Positions 1 through 7,909 of a DNA stretch of 25,564 nt are shown piece after piece (within the stretch, counting starts at the first letter, position 1; each line of letters begins with the position of its first letter). A program made the position numbers and the translations under genes. Source of the DNA: a virus (lineage: Duplodnaviria > Heunggongvirae > Uroviricota > Caudoviricetes); the IMG/VR virus record IMGVR_UViG_2917860307_000003, positions 1-25,564 of that record. One strand, given 5' to 3'. The notes under the pieces were generated by a model. The model was not told the origin of the DNA. It did not search any database and was given only the letters and a program-made list of their open reading frames with translations.

Positions 1-1053
1 ATGAAAAATACTGTAAAAATAAACAGTGCTGATTTAATCAACGCTGATTGCCTGCATTTTATTCAGTCCCTGCCTGATGACTCCATTGATCTGATTGTTA
101 CCGATCCGCCGTACTTCAAAGTGAAGCCCAACGGCTGGGACAATCAGTGGAAAGGGGACGAAGATTACCTGAAGTGGCTGGACCACTGTCTGGCCCAGTT
201 CTGGCGGGTGCTGAAACCTGCCGGAAGCCTTTACCTGTTCTGTGGACATCGCCTGGCATCTGATATCGAGATCATGATGCGTGAACGTTTCAACGTGCTT
301 AACCATATCATCTGGGCGAAGCCGTCCGGACGATGGAACGGGTGTAATAAAGAAAGTCTGCGCGCATATTTTCCCGCCACAGAGCGTGTTCTGTTTGCTG
401 AACATTACCAGGGGCCATATTGCGGCAAAAGTGACGGCTATGCGGCAAAAGAAAGGGAACTCAAACAGCACATAATGGCACCGCTGATTTCGTATTTCAG
501 GGATGCTCGTGCCGAACTGGGTATAACGGCAAAACAGATTGCCGAAGCCACTGGTAAGAAAAATATGGTTTCCCACTGGTTTGGTGCCAGTCAGTGGCAG
601 TTGCCGAATGAGGCTGACTACCGGAAGTTGCAGGCACTGTTTTCCCGTATAGCGGCAGAGAAGTTTCAGGAACAACAACTGGAACAACCACACCACCAGC
701 TGGTGGCATCTTATGATTCACTGAATCGCAAATATTCTGAATTGCTGGATGAGTTTAAAACTCTCCGGCGCTATTTCTCCGTATCAGTTTCCGTGCCTTA
801 TACCGACGTCTGGACGCATAAACCCGTTCAGTTCTACCCGGGTAAACATCCGTGTGAGAAGCCTGCGGATATGCTCCGGCAAATAATCAATGCCAGTAGT
901 CGACCAGGCGATCTGGTTGCTGATTTCTTTATGGGATCCGGTTCCACAATAAAAGCAGCAATGGCGCTGGGGCGTCGGGCGTTAGGTGTTGAGCTTGAGT
1001 CAGATCGGTTTAACCAGACGGTGAAAGAGGTAAGTGAACTGGTGGGGAAATAA
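1..1053 (+). CDS. DNA N6-adenine methyltransferase, beta-class (orphan, phage-encoded)
   Basis: 350-aa ORF starting at the window's first base; DPPY motif IV near the N-terminus (IVTDPPYF) and FxGxG motif I near the C-terminus (DFFMGSGST), the motif order of beta-class amino-MTases; no adjacent endonuclease. Confidence 0.85.
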   Translation: MKNTVKINSADLINADCLHFIQSLPDDSIDLIVTDPPYFKVKPNGWDNQWKGDEDYLKWLDHCLAQFWRVLKPAGSLYLFCGHRLASDIEIMMRERFNVLNHIIWAKPSGRWNGCNKESLRAYFPATERVLFAEHYQGPYCGKSDGYAAKERELKQHIMAPLISYFRDARAELGITAKQIAEATGKKNMVSHWFGASQWQLPNEADYRKLQALFSRIAAEKFQEQQLEQPHHQLVASYDSLNRKYSELLDEFKTLRRYFSVSVSVPYTDVWTHKPVQFYPGKHPCEKPADMLRQIINASSRPGDLVADFFMGSGSTIKAAMALGRRALGVELESDRFNQTVKEVSELVGK

Positions 1054-1060
1054 TTCTGGT

Positions 1061-1082
1061 GGCCACGTTGCCTGGCCTTTTT
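1061..1082 (+). terminator. Weak candidate intrinsic terminator downstream of the methyltransferase
   Basis: 5-bp stem GGCCA/TGGCC (1061-1065 / 1073-1077) with 7-nt loop, followed by TTTTT. Confidence 0.3.
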
Positions 1083-1130
1083 ATTTCCAACACAGCACCC
1101 GCAAATAATCGCGAGGTGAGAGATGACGAA

Positions 1131-1467
1131 ATGCCTCATAACCCAAATACCTGGCCGGACTGGCTGGAGTTGTTCCAGAGCTGGTGGCGTGGAGATACGC
1201 CGCTGGGCGCAGTGATTATGTCGATTGTTATGGCTGGTTTGCGTATTGCCTATTTTGGTGGTGGTGGCGGCTGGAAACGAAAATCACTCGAAATTTTTGC
1301 TCTGTGGCGCTCTGACGCTGACATTTGCATCCGCGCTTGAGTATGTCGGATGGCCTAAATCGCTTTCTGTTGCCATTGGTGGTGGGGTGGGGCTGATCGG
1401 GGTCGATGCAATTCGTGGGGCTGCAATGAGAGTAATCGGTAACAAGTTTGGTGGCTCTAAGGAGTAA
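1131..1467 (+). pseudogene. S: Lambda S-like class I holin, apparently frameshifted (N-terminal part in one frame from ATG 1131, C-terminal part in the next frame ending 1467)
   Basis: Frame-3 translation MPHNPNTWPDWLELFQSWWRGDTPLGAVIMSIVMAGLRIAYFGGGG resembles the lambda S N-terminus/TM1; the frame-1 translation (…FASALEYVGW…VGLIGVDAIRGAAMRVIGNKFGG) resembles the lambda S C-terminus; the frame-1 ORF has no ATG (TTG only) and is preceded by an in-frame stop; frames switch within 1257-1290. Confidence 0.5.
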
Positions 1468-1470
1468 TTT

Positions 1471-1947
1471 ATGCAGGCACTAAATTCCCAGCGTAAAGCT
1501 TTCCTCGATATGGTGGCATGGTCAGAAGGAACGGATAACGGGCGACAACCGACACGTAACCACGGTTATGACGTTATTGTTGGTGGTGAACTGTTTACTG
1601 ATTACTCCGATCACCCTCACAAACTTGTCACGCTAAACCCGAAACTTAAATCAACAGCTGCCGGACGTTATCAGCTTCTTTCCCGTTGGTGGGATGCTTA
1701 CCGTAAACAGCTTGGTTTGAAAGACTTCTCCCCCAAAAGCCAGGACGCTGTGGCATTGCAGCAGATTAAAGAGCGTGGCGCTTTACCGATGATTGATCGC
1801 GGTGATATCCGTCAGGCAATCGACCGTTGCAGCAATATCTGGGCTTCACTGCCGGGCGCTGGTTACGGTCAGTATGAACATAAAATCGGTGACCTGATTG
1901 CCCGATTTAAAGAGGCTGGTGGGGTGGTAAATGAAGTTGAGCTATAA
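1471..1947 (+). CDS. R: Endolysin, lambda R-type lytic transglycosylase
   Basis: 158-aa ORF; very close to the lambda R sequence as I recall it (NSQRKAFLDMVAWSEGTDNGRQ…HGYDVIVGGELFTDYSDHP); AAGGAG RBS 7 nt upstream of ATG. Confidence 0.9.
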   Translation: MQALNSQRKAFLDMVAWSEGTDNGRQPTRNHGYDVIVGGELFTDYSDHPHKLVTLNPKLKSTAAGRYQLLSRWWDAYRKQLGLKDFSPKSQDAVALQQIKERGALPMIDRGDIRQAIDRCSNIWASLPGAGYGQYEHKIGDLIARFKEAGGVVNEVEL

Positions 1948-2398
1948 GTTGGTTATCGCTGCTTTCTTCGTTACTGTCATTGGTTCTTTTATCTTTTCAG
2001 CGAATCATTACCACAATAAAGCCATTGAATACAAAAAGCAGCGCGACGAAAACGCAATGGCATTAGATTCGGCTATGGCGACGCTCTCTGATATGCAGAA
2101 GCGTCAACGTGACGTAGCAGAACTTGACGCCAGATATACAAAGGAGCTTGCTGATGCTAACGCGACTATCGAAAGTCTCCGTGCTGATGTTTCTGCTGGC
2201 CGTAAGTGGCTGCGCGTCAAAGCAGTCTGTCCCGACATGCATAAAATCACCGCCGCCTCCGGCGTGGATGATGGCTCCAGCCCCAGACTTACTGACACCG
2301 CTCAACGGGATTATTTCGTTCTCAGAGAGCGCATTGAAACCATAACTAACCAATTGAATGGCCTGCAAGAGTATGTGAGATCACAGTGTTCATATTAG
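1931..2398 (+). CDS. Rz: Rz i-spanin
   Basis: 155-aa ORF with N-terminal TM segment then coiled-coil region; clear similarity to lambda Rz (QRDVAELDARYTKELADA…KAVC…TASGVDD…PRLTDTAQRDYF); start overlaps the end of R. Confidence 0.85.
   Translation: MKLSYKLVIAAFFVTVIGSFIFSANHYHNKAIEYKKQRDENAMALDSAMATLSDMQKRQRDVAELDARYTKELADANATIESLRADVSAGRKWLRVKAVCPDMHKITAASGVDDGSSPRLTDTAQRDYFVLRERIETITNQLNGLQEYVRSQCSY
2154..2345 (+). CDS. Rz1: Rz1 o-spanin lipoprotein, embedded in the +1 frame of Rz
   Basis: ATG 2154 preceded by AAGGAG; signal peptide with lipobox LAVSGC; proline-rich mature part (CASKQSV…PPPPAW…TPLNGIIS) matching lambda Rz1. Confidence 0.7.
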   Translation: MLTRLSKVSVLMFLLAVSGCASKQSVPTCIKSPPPPAWMMAPAPDLLTPLNGIISFSESALKP

Positions 2399-2436
2399 AA
2401 AAGTCTTACCATAAGATTTTTGTATATGGATGCATT

Positions 2437-2811
2437 ATGTCTCAATACGCGCGCGCTGCTTTAATTGCTTATTATTTGGTTGCTGATAATTCATTATCCC
2501 CTCGTGATGCATGGGAGGCTGCAGTCGCTGAGGTTACAGAAAGCGAATCGGCAAGAAAGAAAGGATGCCCAAGGGCAACGTTTCTCGCTCTGACGGATAG
2601 CGGTTATCTGAAGAATGTAAAACCACAGCATGGGGAGAGAAAGGTCGGTAAGTTGTACCAAAGGGCAATTGAAGTTGCGAATCTGATTCTTGATTTGCCC
2701 GGAATCAGCAAAGCTGAGTTAGTTGATAAAACTTGCTATAAAGACAGGCAAGGGTCTTATGACATTGTTCTGACACTCGCTCAGTACGGATTTCTTCAAC
2801 GTCCTCAGTAA
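2437..2811 (+). CDS. Hypothetical protein, 124 aa (accessory gene; function unknown)
   Basis: ORF in a lower-GC stretch between the lysis cassette and packaging genes; start uncertain (ATG 2437 has no obvious RBS; alternative GTG 2386 overlaps the Rz stop); followed by a strong terminator-like hairpin. Confidence 0.5.
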   Translation: MSQYARAALIAYYLVADNSLSPRDAWEAAVAEVTESESARKKGCPRATFLALTDSGYLKNVKPQHGERKVGKLYQRAIEVANLILDLPGISKAELVDKTCYKDRQGSYDIVLTLAQYGFLQRPQ

Positions 2812-2829
2812 GATATCAAGTGATTTATG

Positions 2830-2853
2830 GCCTCGCTTTTAGCGGGGCTTTTT
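2830..2853 (+). terminator. Intrinsic terminator downstream of the 124-aa accessory ORF
   Basis: 7-bp stem GCCTCGC/GCGGGGC (one G-U pair in RNA), 5-nt loop TTTTA, then TTTTT. Confidence 0.55.
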
Positions 2854-3002
2854 CACATCTGAATTTCACTGCGCACCCCACGCGCACATTATCACCCGAG
2901 CCTTTCAGAAAGTTGAGCCTGAGAACTGCCGTATATGGTGGCGACCATCTCGGGGCGGCTTTTCTGTGGGGCAGGCTCAATTTTCTAAAAGGTAATAGCG
3001 CT

Positions 3003-3500
3003 ATGAAAGCAATCACGCTTTTTAATACACCGATCCGTGTTGATGAATCAGGAATGATCTGCCTCACTGACATGTGGAAAGCTAGTGGTAAAAGTGAATC
3101 TGAATCGCCGTACCACTACCTGCGAAACAAGCAGACCAAAGAGTTCTTGGCTGAGCTGGAGAAAAACCACGAATCTGTGGTTTTTACGGAACGCGGTGTG
3201 CACGGTGGAACTTATGGAGGAAAGTTCGTTGCTTATGATTACGCAGCATGGCTAAACCCTGAATTTAAATATGCAGCCTATAAAGTCCTCGATGACTACT
3301 TCACCGGAGAGCTTCAGCATCGCAGCAGCTTAAGTGCACAGCTCAATATGAAGTGTCACGAGTTTGATCAGAAGAAAGATATGGCGAGCTTTTGCGGGCA
3401 GGGACTGGCTGCTTGGCGTTACACCAAGCCAGTTCTGATGGCTGAAATTAGTAACCTGGCTACCCAGCTGCAGCTCACAATACCCGGGCTGCATTCATAA
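3003..3500 (+). CDS. KilA-N (APSES-type) DNA-binding domain protein
   Basis: 165-aa ORF from ATG 3003; N-terminal pattern (ICLTDMWKASGKS…YLRNKQTKEFLAEL…GGTYGGKFVAYDYAAWLNPEF) matches the KilA-N domain as I recall it; the track's upstream extension from 2820 looks non-coding. Confidence 0.55.
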   Translation: MKAITLFNTPIRVDESGMICLTDMWKASGKSESESPYHYLRNKQTKEFLAELEKNHESVVFTERGVHGGTYGGKFVAYDYAAWLNPEFKYAAYKVLDDYFTGELQHRSSLSAQLNMKCHEFDQKKDMASFCGQGLAAWRYTKPVLMAEISNLATQLQLTIPGLHS

Positions 3501-3550
3501 GCGCTCGAATCAATATGCCTACCACACCACTCGTGTGCGGATGAACAGTG

Positions 3551-3679
3551 TCAGCTCATGTAAGACAGCAGATGGTTCAACCATATGTGGAAGTGTTCCA
3601 ATATCCAATTTGCGCAAAGCTTTATTATCATCTTAAGTAAGATATTGATTATCAGATTGATTAAATAATCTTTTTTCAT
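3551..3679 (-). CDS. Candidate small hydrophobic peptide (42 aa) in an AT-rich island; speculative
   Basis: Minus-strand ATG at 3679 with GAGGG 4 nt upstream; my translation is MKKDYLINLIINILLKMIIKLCANWILEHFHIWLNHLLSYMS; below the 60-aa cutoff of the supplied track. Confidence 0.25.
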   Translation of the reverse strand: MKKDYLINLIINILLKMIIKLCANWILEHFHIWLNHLLSYMS

Positions 3680-3773
3680 AATCCCTCTTCAATATTCAGT
3701 TTTAATGGAGGGAAGAATGCGGAGTTTGTGATTTGCGTTGTAGACAGAGAAGAGTTAAACGAGTCGATTTATC

Positions 3774-4124
3774 ATGCCTGCCTTAATCCCCAGAGCCTGC
3801 CGTGTTCGTGGCTGCCGCCATACCACCACAGACCCGTCAGGCTACTGCGAAAGCCACAAAAGCGAAGGCTGGAAGCAATACAAGCCAGGACAATCCCGTC
3901 ATCAGCGCGGCTACGGTTCGAAGTGGGACAGTATCCGCGCGCGTGTCCTGAAGCGTGACAAAGGCCTGTGTCAGTTATGTCTGCGTTCTGGTGTGGTGCG
4001 TGAGGCGAAAACTGTTGACCACATCATCCCTAAAGCGCATGGCGGCACTGATGCTGACAGTAATCTGCAGAGTCTGTGCTGGCCGTGCCATAAGGCGAAG
4101 ACGGCCCGTGAACGGTTAAAGTGA
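3774..4124 (+). CDS. HNH endonuclease (phage packaging-associated)
   Basis: 116-aa ORF with Cys-rich N-terminus and HNH core (VDHIIPKAHGGTDADSNLQSLCWPCHKAKT); sits immediately upstream of the terminase genes, as in HK97-like cos phages. Confidence 0.85.
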   Translation: MPALIPRACRVRGCRHTTTDPSGYCESHKSEGWKQYKPGQSRHQRGYGSKWDSIRARVLKRDKGLCQLCLRSGVVREAKTVDHIIPKAHGGTDADSNLQSLCWPCHKAKTARERLK

Positions 4125-4140
4125 TAATAATTCTCAACTG

Positions 4141-4215
4141 TCTGAGGGGAGGGGCGGGTCAAATCCCTGTGACCTGACGTCTTCCGGACTGCCCGCCCCA
4201 TCGTTTTTTTATACC
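4141..4215. other. Structured GC-rich element between HNH and terS; candidate cos/packaging site or terminator
   Basis: Perfect inverted repeat GGGGCGGG (4151-4158) / CCCGCCCC (4192-4199) enclosing an inner GGTCA/TGACC pair and a GACGTC palindrome, followed by a 7-T run (4204-4210). Confidence 0.35.
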
Positions 4216-4249
4216 CGCGAAAAATGAAATTTAACCAGGAGTGCCGCAT

Positions 4250-4633
4250 ATGGCTGGAACGGCGGGGCGTTCCGGGCGTCGCCCCAAGCCAACGGCGCGC
4301 AAGGCGCTGGCCGGAAACCCCGGCAAGCGAGCCCTGAACAAAGATGAACCCGTTTTTACGCCCATCAAAGGTGTTGAGCCACCGGAGTGGTTCGCTGAAG
4401 AAGAGCTCCCTCTCGCCACGATCATGTGGCAACTGACAACCAAAGAACTCTGCGGTCAGGGCCTGCTGTGCGTGACTGACCTCGCAGTGCTTGAGCGGTG
4501 GTGCGTAGCCTATGAGTTCTGGCGACGTGCCGTGAAAAATATTGCCAGACAGGGCAACACCATCACCGGTGCAATGGGCGGCATGGTCAAAAATCCGGAG
4601 CTGACCGCCAAAAAGAACAGGAGTCCGAGATGA
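4250..4633 (+). CDS. Terminase small subunit (P27/HK97 gp1-like), N-terminal frame; probably continues by a -1 shift to 4743
   Basis: ATG 4250 preceded by AGGAG; Arg/Lys-rich N-terminus (MAGTAGRSGRRPKPTARKALAGNPGKRAL) typical of this family; stops at 4631-4633 while a clean 42-codon continuation exists in the -1 frame. Confidence 0.8.
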   Translation: MAGTAGRSGRRPKPTARKALAGNPGKRALNKDEPVFTPIKGVEPPEWFAEEELPLATIMWQLTTKELCGQGLLCVTDLAVLERWCVAYEFWRRAVKNIARQGNTITGAMGGMVKNPELTAKKNRSPR

Positions 4634-4743
4634 GCAGTACGGGGGCAATGCTCGGACTCGACCCCAGCAGCCGCCAGCGTCTGATTGGCCTGGCGGGGCA
4701 GAAGAAAGCCACTAACCCGTTTCTGAAAATTATCGAATCATGA
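4630..4743 (+). CDS. Either the C-terminal segment of the small terminase (reached by -1 frameshift at 4609-4615) or an independent 37-aa ORF translationally coupled at both ends
   Basis: ATG 4630 overlaps the terS stop as ATGA and has AGGAG 6 nt upstream; my translation is [37 protein letters not shown]; its stop overlaps the terL start as ATGA. Confidence 0.5.
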   Translation: MSSTGAMLGLDPSSRQRLIGLAGQKKATNPFLKIIES

Positions 4744-6416
4744 GCCGGAAATCTTACCCCAACGTAAATGCTGCAAATCAGTATGCCCGGGATGTCGTGC
4801 GCGGAAAGATTGTTGCCTGCCAGTTTGTGATTCAGGCCTGCCAGCGCCATCTTGATGACCTGATGGCGGAAAAAAGTAAGTCGTTTCGTTACCGCTTCGA
4901 CAAGGACCTGGCTGAACGGGCCGCCAAATTTATTCAGCTGTTGCCGCACACCAAGGGTGAGTGGGCATTTAAACGGATGCCCATCACGCTGGAGCCGTGG
5001 CAGCTATTTGTGATCTGCTGTGCGTTTGGCTGGGTCAATAAAGGCACCCGGTTGCGCCGCTTCCGGGAGGTGTATACCGAAATTCCCCGTAAGAACGGTA
5101 AATCGGCAATCTCTGCCGGTGTTGCCCTGTATTGTTTTGCCTGTGATAACGAGTTTGGCGCGGAAGTGTATTCCGGTGCCACGACAGAGAAACAGGCGTG
5201 GGAAGTCTTTCGTCCGGCGCGACTGATGTGTAAACGCACACCAATGCTGACGGAAGCGTTCGGGATTGAGGTTAACGCCTCAAACATGAACCGTCCGGAG
5301 GATGGCGCGCGGTTTGAACCGCTGATCGGTAACCCCGGTGATGGTTCATCACCCCACTGTGCGGTGGTGGATGAATATCACGAGCACGCCACCGATGCGC
5401 TTTACACCACGATGCTTACCGGGATGGGGGCGCGACGTCAGCCACTGATGTGGGCCATCACCACTGCCGGGTACAACATTGAGGGGCCGTGCTACGACAA
5501 GCGGCGGGAAGTCATCGAGATGCTCAACGGCTCGGTGCCCAACGATGAACTGTTCGGGATCATCTATACCGTTGATGAAGGTGACGACTGGACCGACCCG
5601 CAGGTGCTGGAAAAAGCCAATCCAAATATTGGCGTGTCGGTTTATCGCGAATTTTTGTTAAGTCAGCAGCAGCGTGCGAAAAATAACGCCCGTCTGGCAA
5701 ACGTCTTTAAAACAAAACACCTCAATATCTGGGTGTCGGCGCGTTCGGCGTATTTCAACCTGGTGAGCTGGCAGAGCTGTGAGGATAAATCACTGACTCT
5801 TGAGCAATTCGAGGGGCAGCCGTGCATTCTGGCCTTTGACCTGGCGCGTAAACTGGATATGAACAGCATGGCGCGACTTTATACCCGCGAGATTGACGGT
5901 AAAACGCATTACTACAGTGTGGCCCCGCGTTTCTGGGTACCGTATGACACGGTGTACAGCGTCGAGAAAAATGAAGATCGCCGGACAGCCGAACGCTTTC
6001 AGAAATGGGTGGAAATGGGCGTCCTGACCGTTACCGATGGTGCTGAGGTGGATTATCGCTACATCCTCGAAGAGGCCAAAGCGGCGAACAAAATCAGCCC
6101 GGTCAGCGAGTCACCCATCGACCCCTTCGGGGCGACCGGGCTCTCACATGACCTTGCTGATGAAGACCTGAACCCCATCACTATCATTCAGAACTACACC
6201 AACATGTCCGACCCGATGAAAGAGCTGGAAGCGGCAATTGAATCGGGGCGCTTTCATCATGATGGCAATCCCATCATGACCTGGTGTATCGGCAACGTGG
6301 TCGGCAAAACCATTCCGGGTAACGATGATGTGGTGAAACCCGTCAAAGAGCAGGCGGAAAACAAAATCGATGGTGCAGTTGCGCTGATTATGGCGGTTGG
6401 CAGAGCCATGCTGTAA
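4740..6416 (+). CDS. Terminase large subunit
   Basis: 558-aa ORF directly downstream of the small terminase; size and position typical of an HK97-family large terminase. Confidence 0.85.
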   Translation: MSRKSYPNVNAANQYARDVVRGKIVACQFVIQACQRHLDDLMAEKSKSFRYRFDKDLAERAAKFIQLLPHTKGEWAFKRMPITLEPWQLFVICCAFGWVNKGTRLRRFREVYTEIPRKNGKSAISAGVALYCFACDNEFGAEVYSGATTEKQAWEVFRPARLMCKRTPMLTEAFGIEVNASNMNRPEDGARFEPLIGNPGDGSSPHCAVVDEYHEHATDALYTTMLTGMGARRQPLMWAITTAGYNIEGPCYDKRREVIEMLNGSVPNDELFGIIYTVDEGDDWTDPQVLEKANPNIGVSVYREFLLSQQQRAKNNARLANVFKTKHLNIWVSARSAYFNLVSWQSCEDKSLTLEQFEGQPCILAFDLARKLDMNSMARLYTREIDGKTHYYSVAPRFWVPYDTVYSVEKNEDRRTAERFQKWVEMGVLTVTDGAEVDYRYILEEAKAANKISPVSESPIDPFGATGLSHDLADEDLNPITIIQNYTNMSDPMKELEAAIESGRFHHDGNPIMTWCIGNVVGKTIPGNDDVVKPVKEQAENKIDGAVALIMAVGRAML

Positions 6417-6485
6417 CGAGAAAGAAGACACGCTGTCTGATCACATTGAGTCCTACGGGATCCGCTCGCTTTAACTGAGGTAATT

Positions 6486-6668
6486 ATGATCATGCTGATT
6501 TTCGCGCCGCTGGTGGGCGTGCTGGGTGCGCTTTTGCTGGCGTATGGTGCCTGGCTGATTTATCCCCCGGCGGGTTTTGTTGTTGCCGGGGTGCTGTGCC
6601 TGTTCTGGTCGTGGCTGGTGGCGCGATATCTCGACCGTACACAGCCGTCTGTCGGCGGAGGTAAATAG
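6486..6668 (+). CDS. Small membrane protein (60 aa, two predicted TM helices); function unknown
   Basis: GAGG-containing RBS upstream of ATG 6486; strongly hydrophobic sequence; stop overlaps the portal GTG start. Confidence 0.45.
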   Translation: MIMLIFAPLVGVLGALLLAYGAWLIYPPAGFVVAGVLCLFWSWLVARYLDRTQPSVGGGK

Positions 6669-7909
6669 TGTTCTTTTCGGGATTATTTCAACGAAAAAGT
6701 GACGCGCCGGTGACCACGCCAGCAGAGCTGGCGGATGCTATCGGGCTGTCATACGACACCTATACCGGAAAGCAGATCAGCAGCCAGCGGGCCATGCGAC
6801 TGACGGCGGTTTTTTCCTGCGTCAGGGTGCTGGCAGAGTCGGTCGGGATGTTGCCCTGCAATCTGTATCACCTGAACGGCAGCCTGAAACAGAGAGCCAC
6901 CGGCGAACGTCTGCATAAGCTGATCTCCACGCATCCCAATGGATATATGACGCCGCAGGAGTTCTGGGAGCTGGTGGTCACCTGTCTGTGCCTGAGGGGA
7001 AACTTTTACGCCTACAAAGTGAAAGCATTTGGCGAAGTGGCTGAACTGCTGCCCGTCGATCCTGGCTGTGTGGTACCGAAGCTTAACAGTAGCTGGGAGC
7101 CGGTCTATCAGGTCACATTCCCGGACGGCTCCACGGATGTGCTGACCCAGGAGGATATCTGGCATGTGCGCACGCTGACGCTGGACGGCCTGGTGGGACT
7201 GAATCCCATCGCCTATGCCCGCGAGGCAATATCGCTGGCGGCAGCGACCGAAGAGCACGGGGCCAGACTGTTCAGCAATGGCGCGGTGACGTCGGGTGTG
7301 TTGCGTACAGAGCAGACGCTGTCGGATCAGGCTTATGAGCGCCTGAAGAAAGATTTTGAGGAGCGTCACACCGGGCTTGGCAATGCTCACCGCCCGATGA
7401 TCCTTGAGATGGGGCTGGACTGGAAGTCGATGGCGTTGAACGCAGAGGACAGCCAGTTCCTGGAAACCCGCAAGTTTCAGCTTGAAGAAATCTGTCGTCT
7501 GTTCCGTGTGCCATTGCACATGGTGCAGAACACCGATCGCGCCACCTTCAACAATATCGAAGAGCTGGGGCTCGGATTTATCAACTATTCACTGGTGCCG
7601 TATCTGACCCGCATCGAACAGCGGATCAACACCGGACTGGTACGAAAAAGTAAGCAGGGCGTTTATTACGCCAAATTTAACGCCGGGGCGTTACTGCGCG
7701 GGGATATGAAGTCCCGTTTTGAAGCCTACGCCACCGGGATCAACTGGGGAATTTACTCTCCCAATGACTGCCGCGACCTGGAAGATATGAATCCGCGTCC
7801 CGGTGGTGATGTCTATCTCACACCGATGAACATGACCACGAAACCCTCCGATGGCAGTAAAGCCGGTAAGCAGAAGGATAACGCCAATGCAGACGAAACA
7901 ACGTCTTGA
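6668..7909 (+). CDS. Portal protein (HK97 family)
   Basis: 413-aa ORF between terminase and prohead protease; GTG start with GGAGG 8 nt upstream. Confidence 0.8.
   Translation: MFFSGLFQRKSDAPVTTPAELADAIGLSYDTYTGKQISSQRAMRLTAVFSCVRVLAESVGMLPCNLYHLNGSLKQRATGERLHKLISTHPNGYMTPQEFWELVVTCLCLRGNFYAYKVKAFGEVAELLPVDPGCVVPKLNSSWEPVYQVTFPDGSTDVLTQEDIWHVRTLTLDGLVGLNPIAYAREAISLAAATEEHGARLFSNGAVTSGVLRTEQTLSDQAYERLKKDFEERHTGLGNAHRPMILEMGLDWKSMALNAEDSQFLETRKFQLEEICRLFRVPLHMVQNTDRATFNNIEELGLGFINYSLVPYLTRIEQRINTGLVRKSKQGVYYAKFNAGALLRGDMKSRFEAYATGINWGIYSPNDCRDLEDMNPRPGGDVYLTPMNMTTKPSDGSKAGKQKDNANADETTS

Noticed and set aside
1225-1467. Frame-1 ORF as a stand-alone intact 80-aa holin
   Set aside because: It begins with TTG, has an in-frame stop just upstream and no RBS, while the upstream frame carries the S-like N-terminus; a frameshifted S is the better reading, but this is not fully excluded
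2820-3002. N-terminal extension of the KilA-N ORF in the supplied track
   Set aside because: The 61 extra residues contain the terminator hairpin sequence and look non-protein-like; the KilA-N domain normally begins at the N-terminus, so ATG 3003 is preferred
3728-3958. 76-aa plus-strand ORF overlapping the HNH gene in another frame
   Set aside because: The HNH frame has the characteristic Cys/His motifs; the overlapping frame is Arg/Pro-rich with no features
3971-4648. 225-aa minus-strand ORF spanning the HNH end, the candidate cos region and terS
   Set aside because: Crosses an intergenic structured element and is antisense to two well-supported genes; implausible as a real gene
6749-7519. 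256-aa minus-strand ORF inside the portal gene
   Set aside because: Lies fully antisense to a well-supported structural gene in GC-rich DNA, where long spurious antisense frames are common; no RBS or independent context
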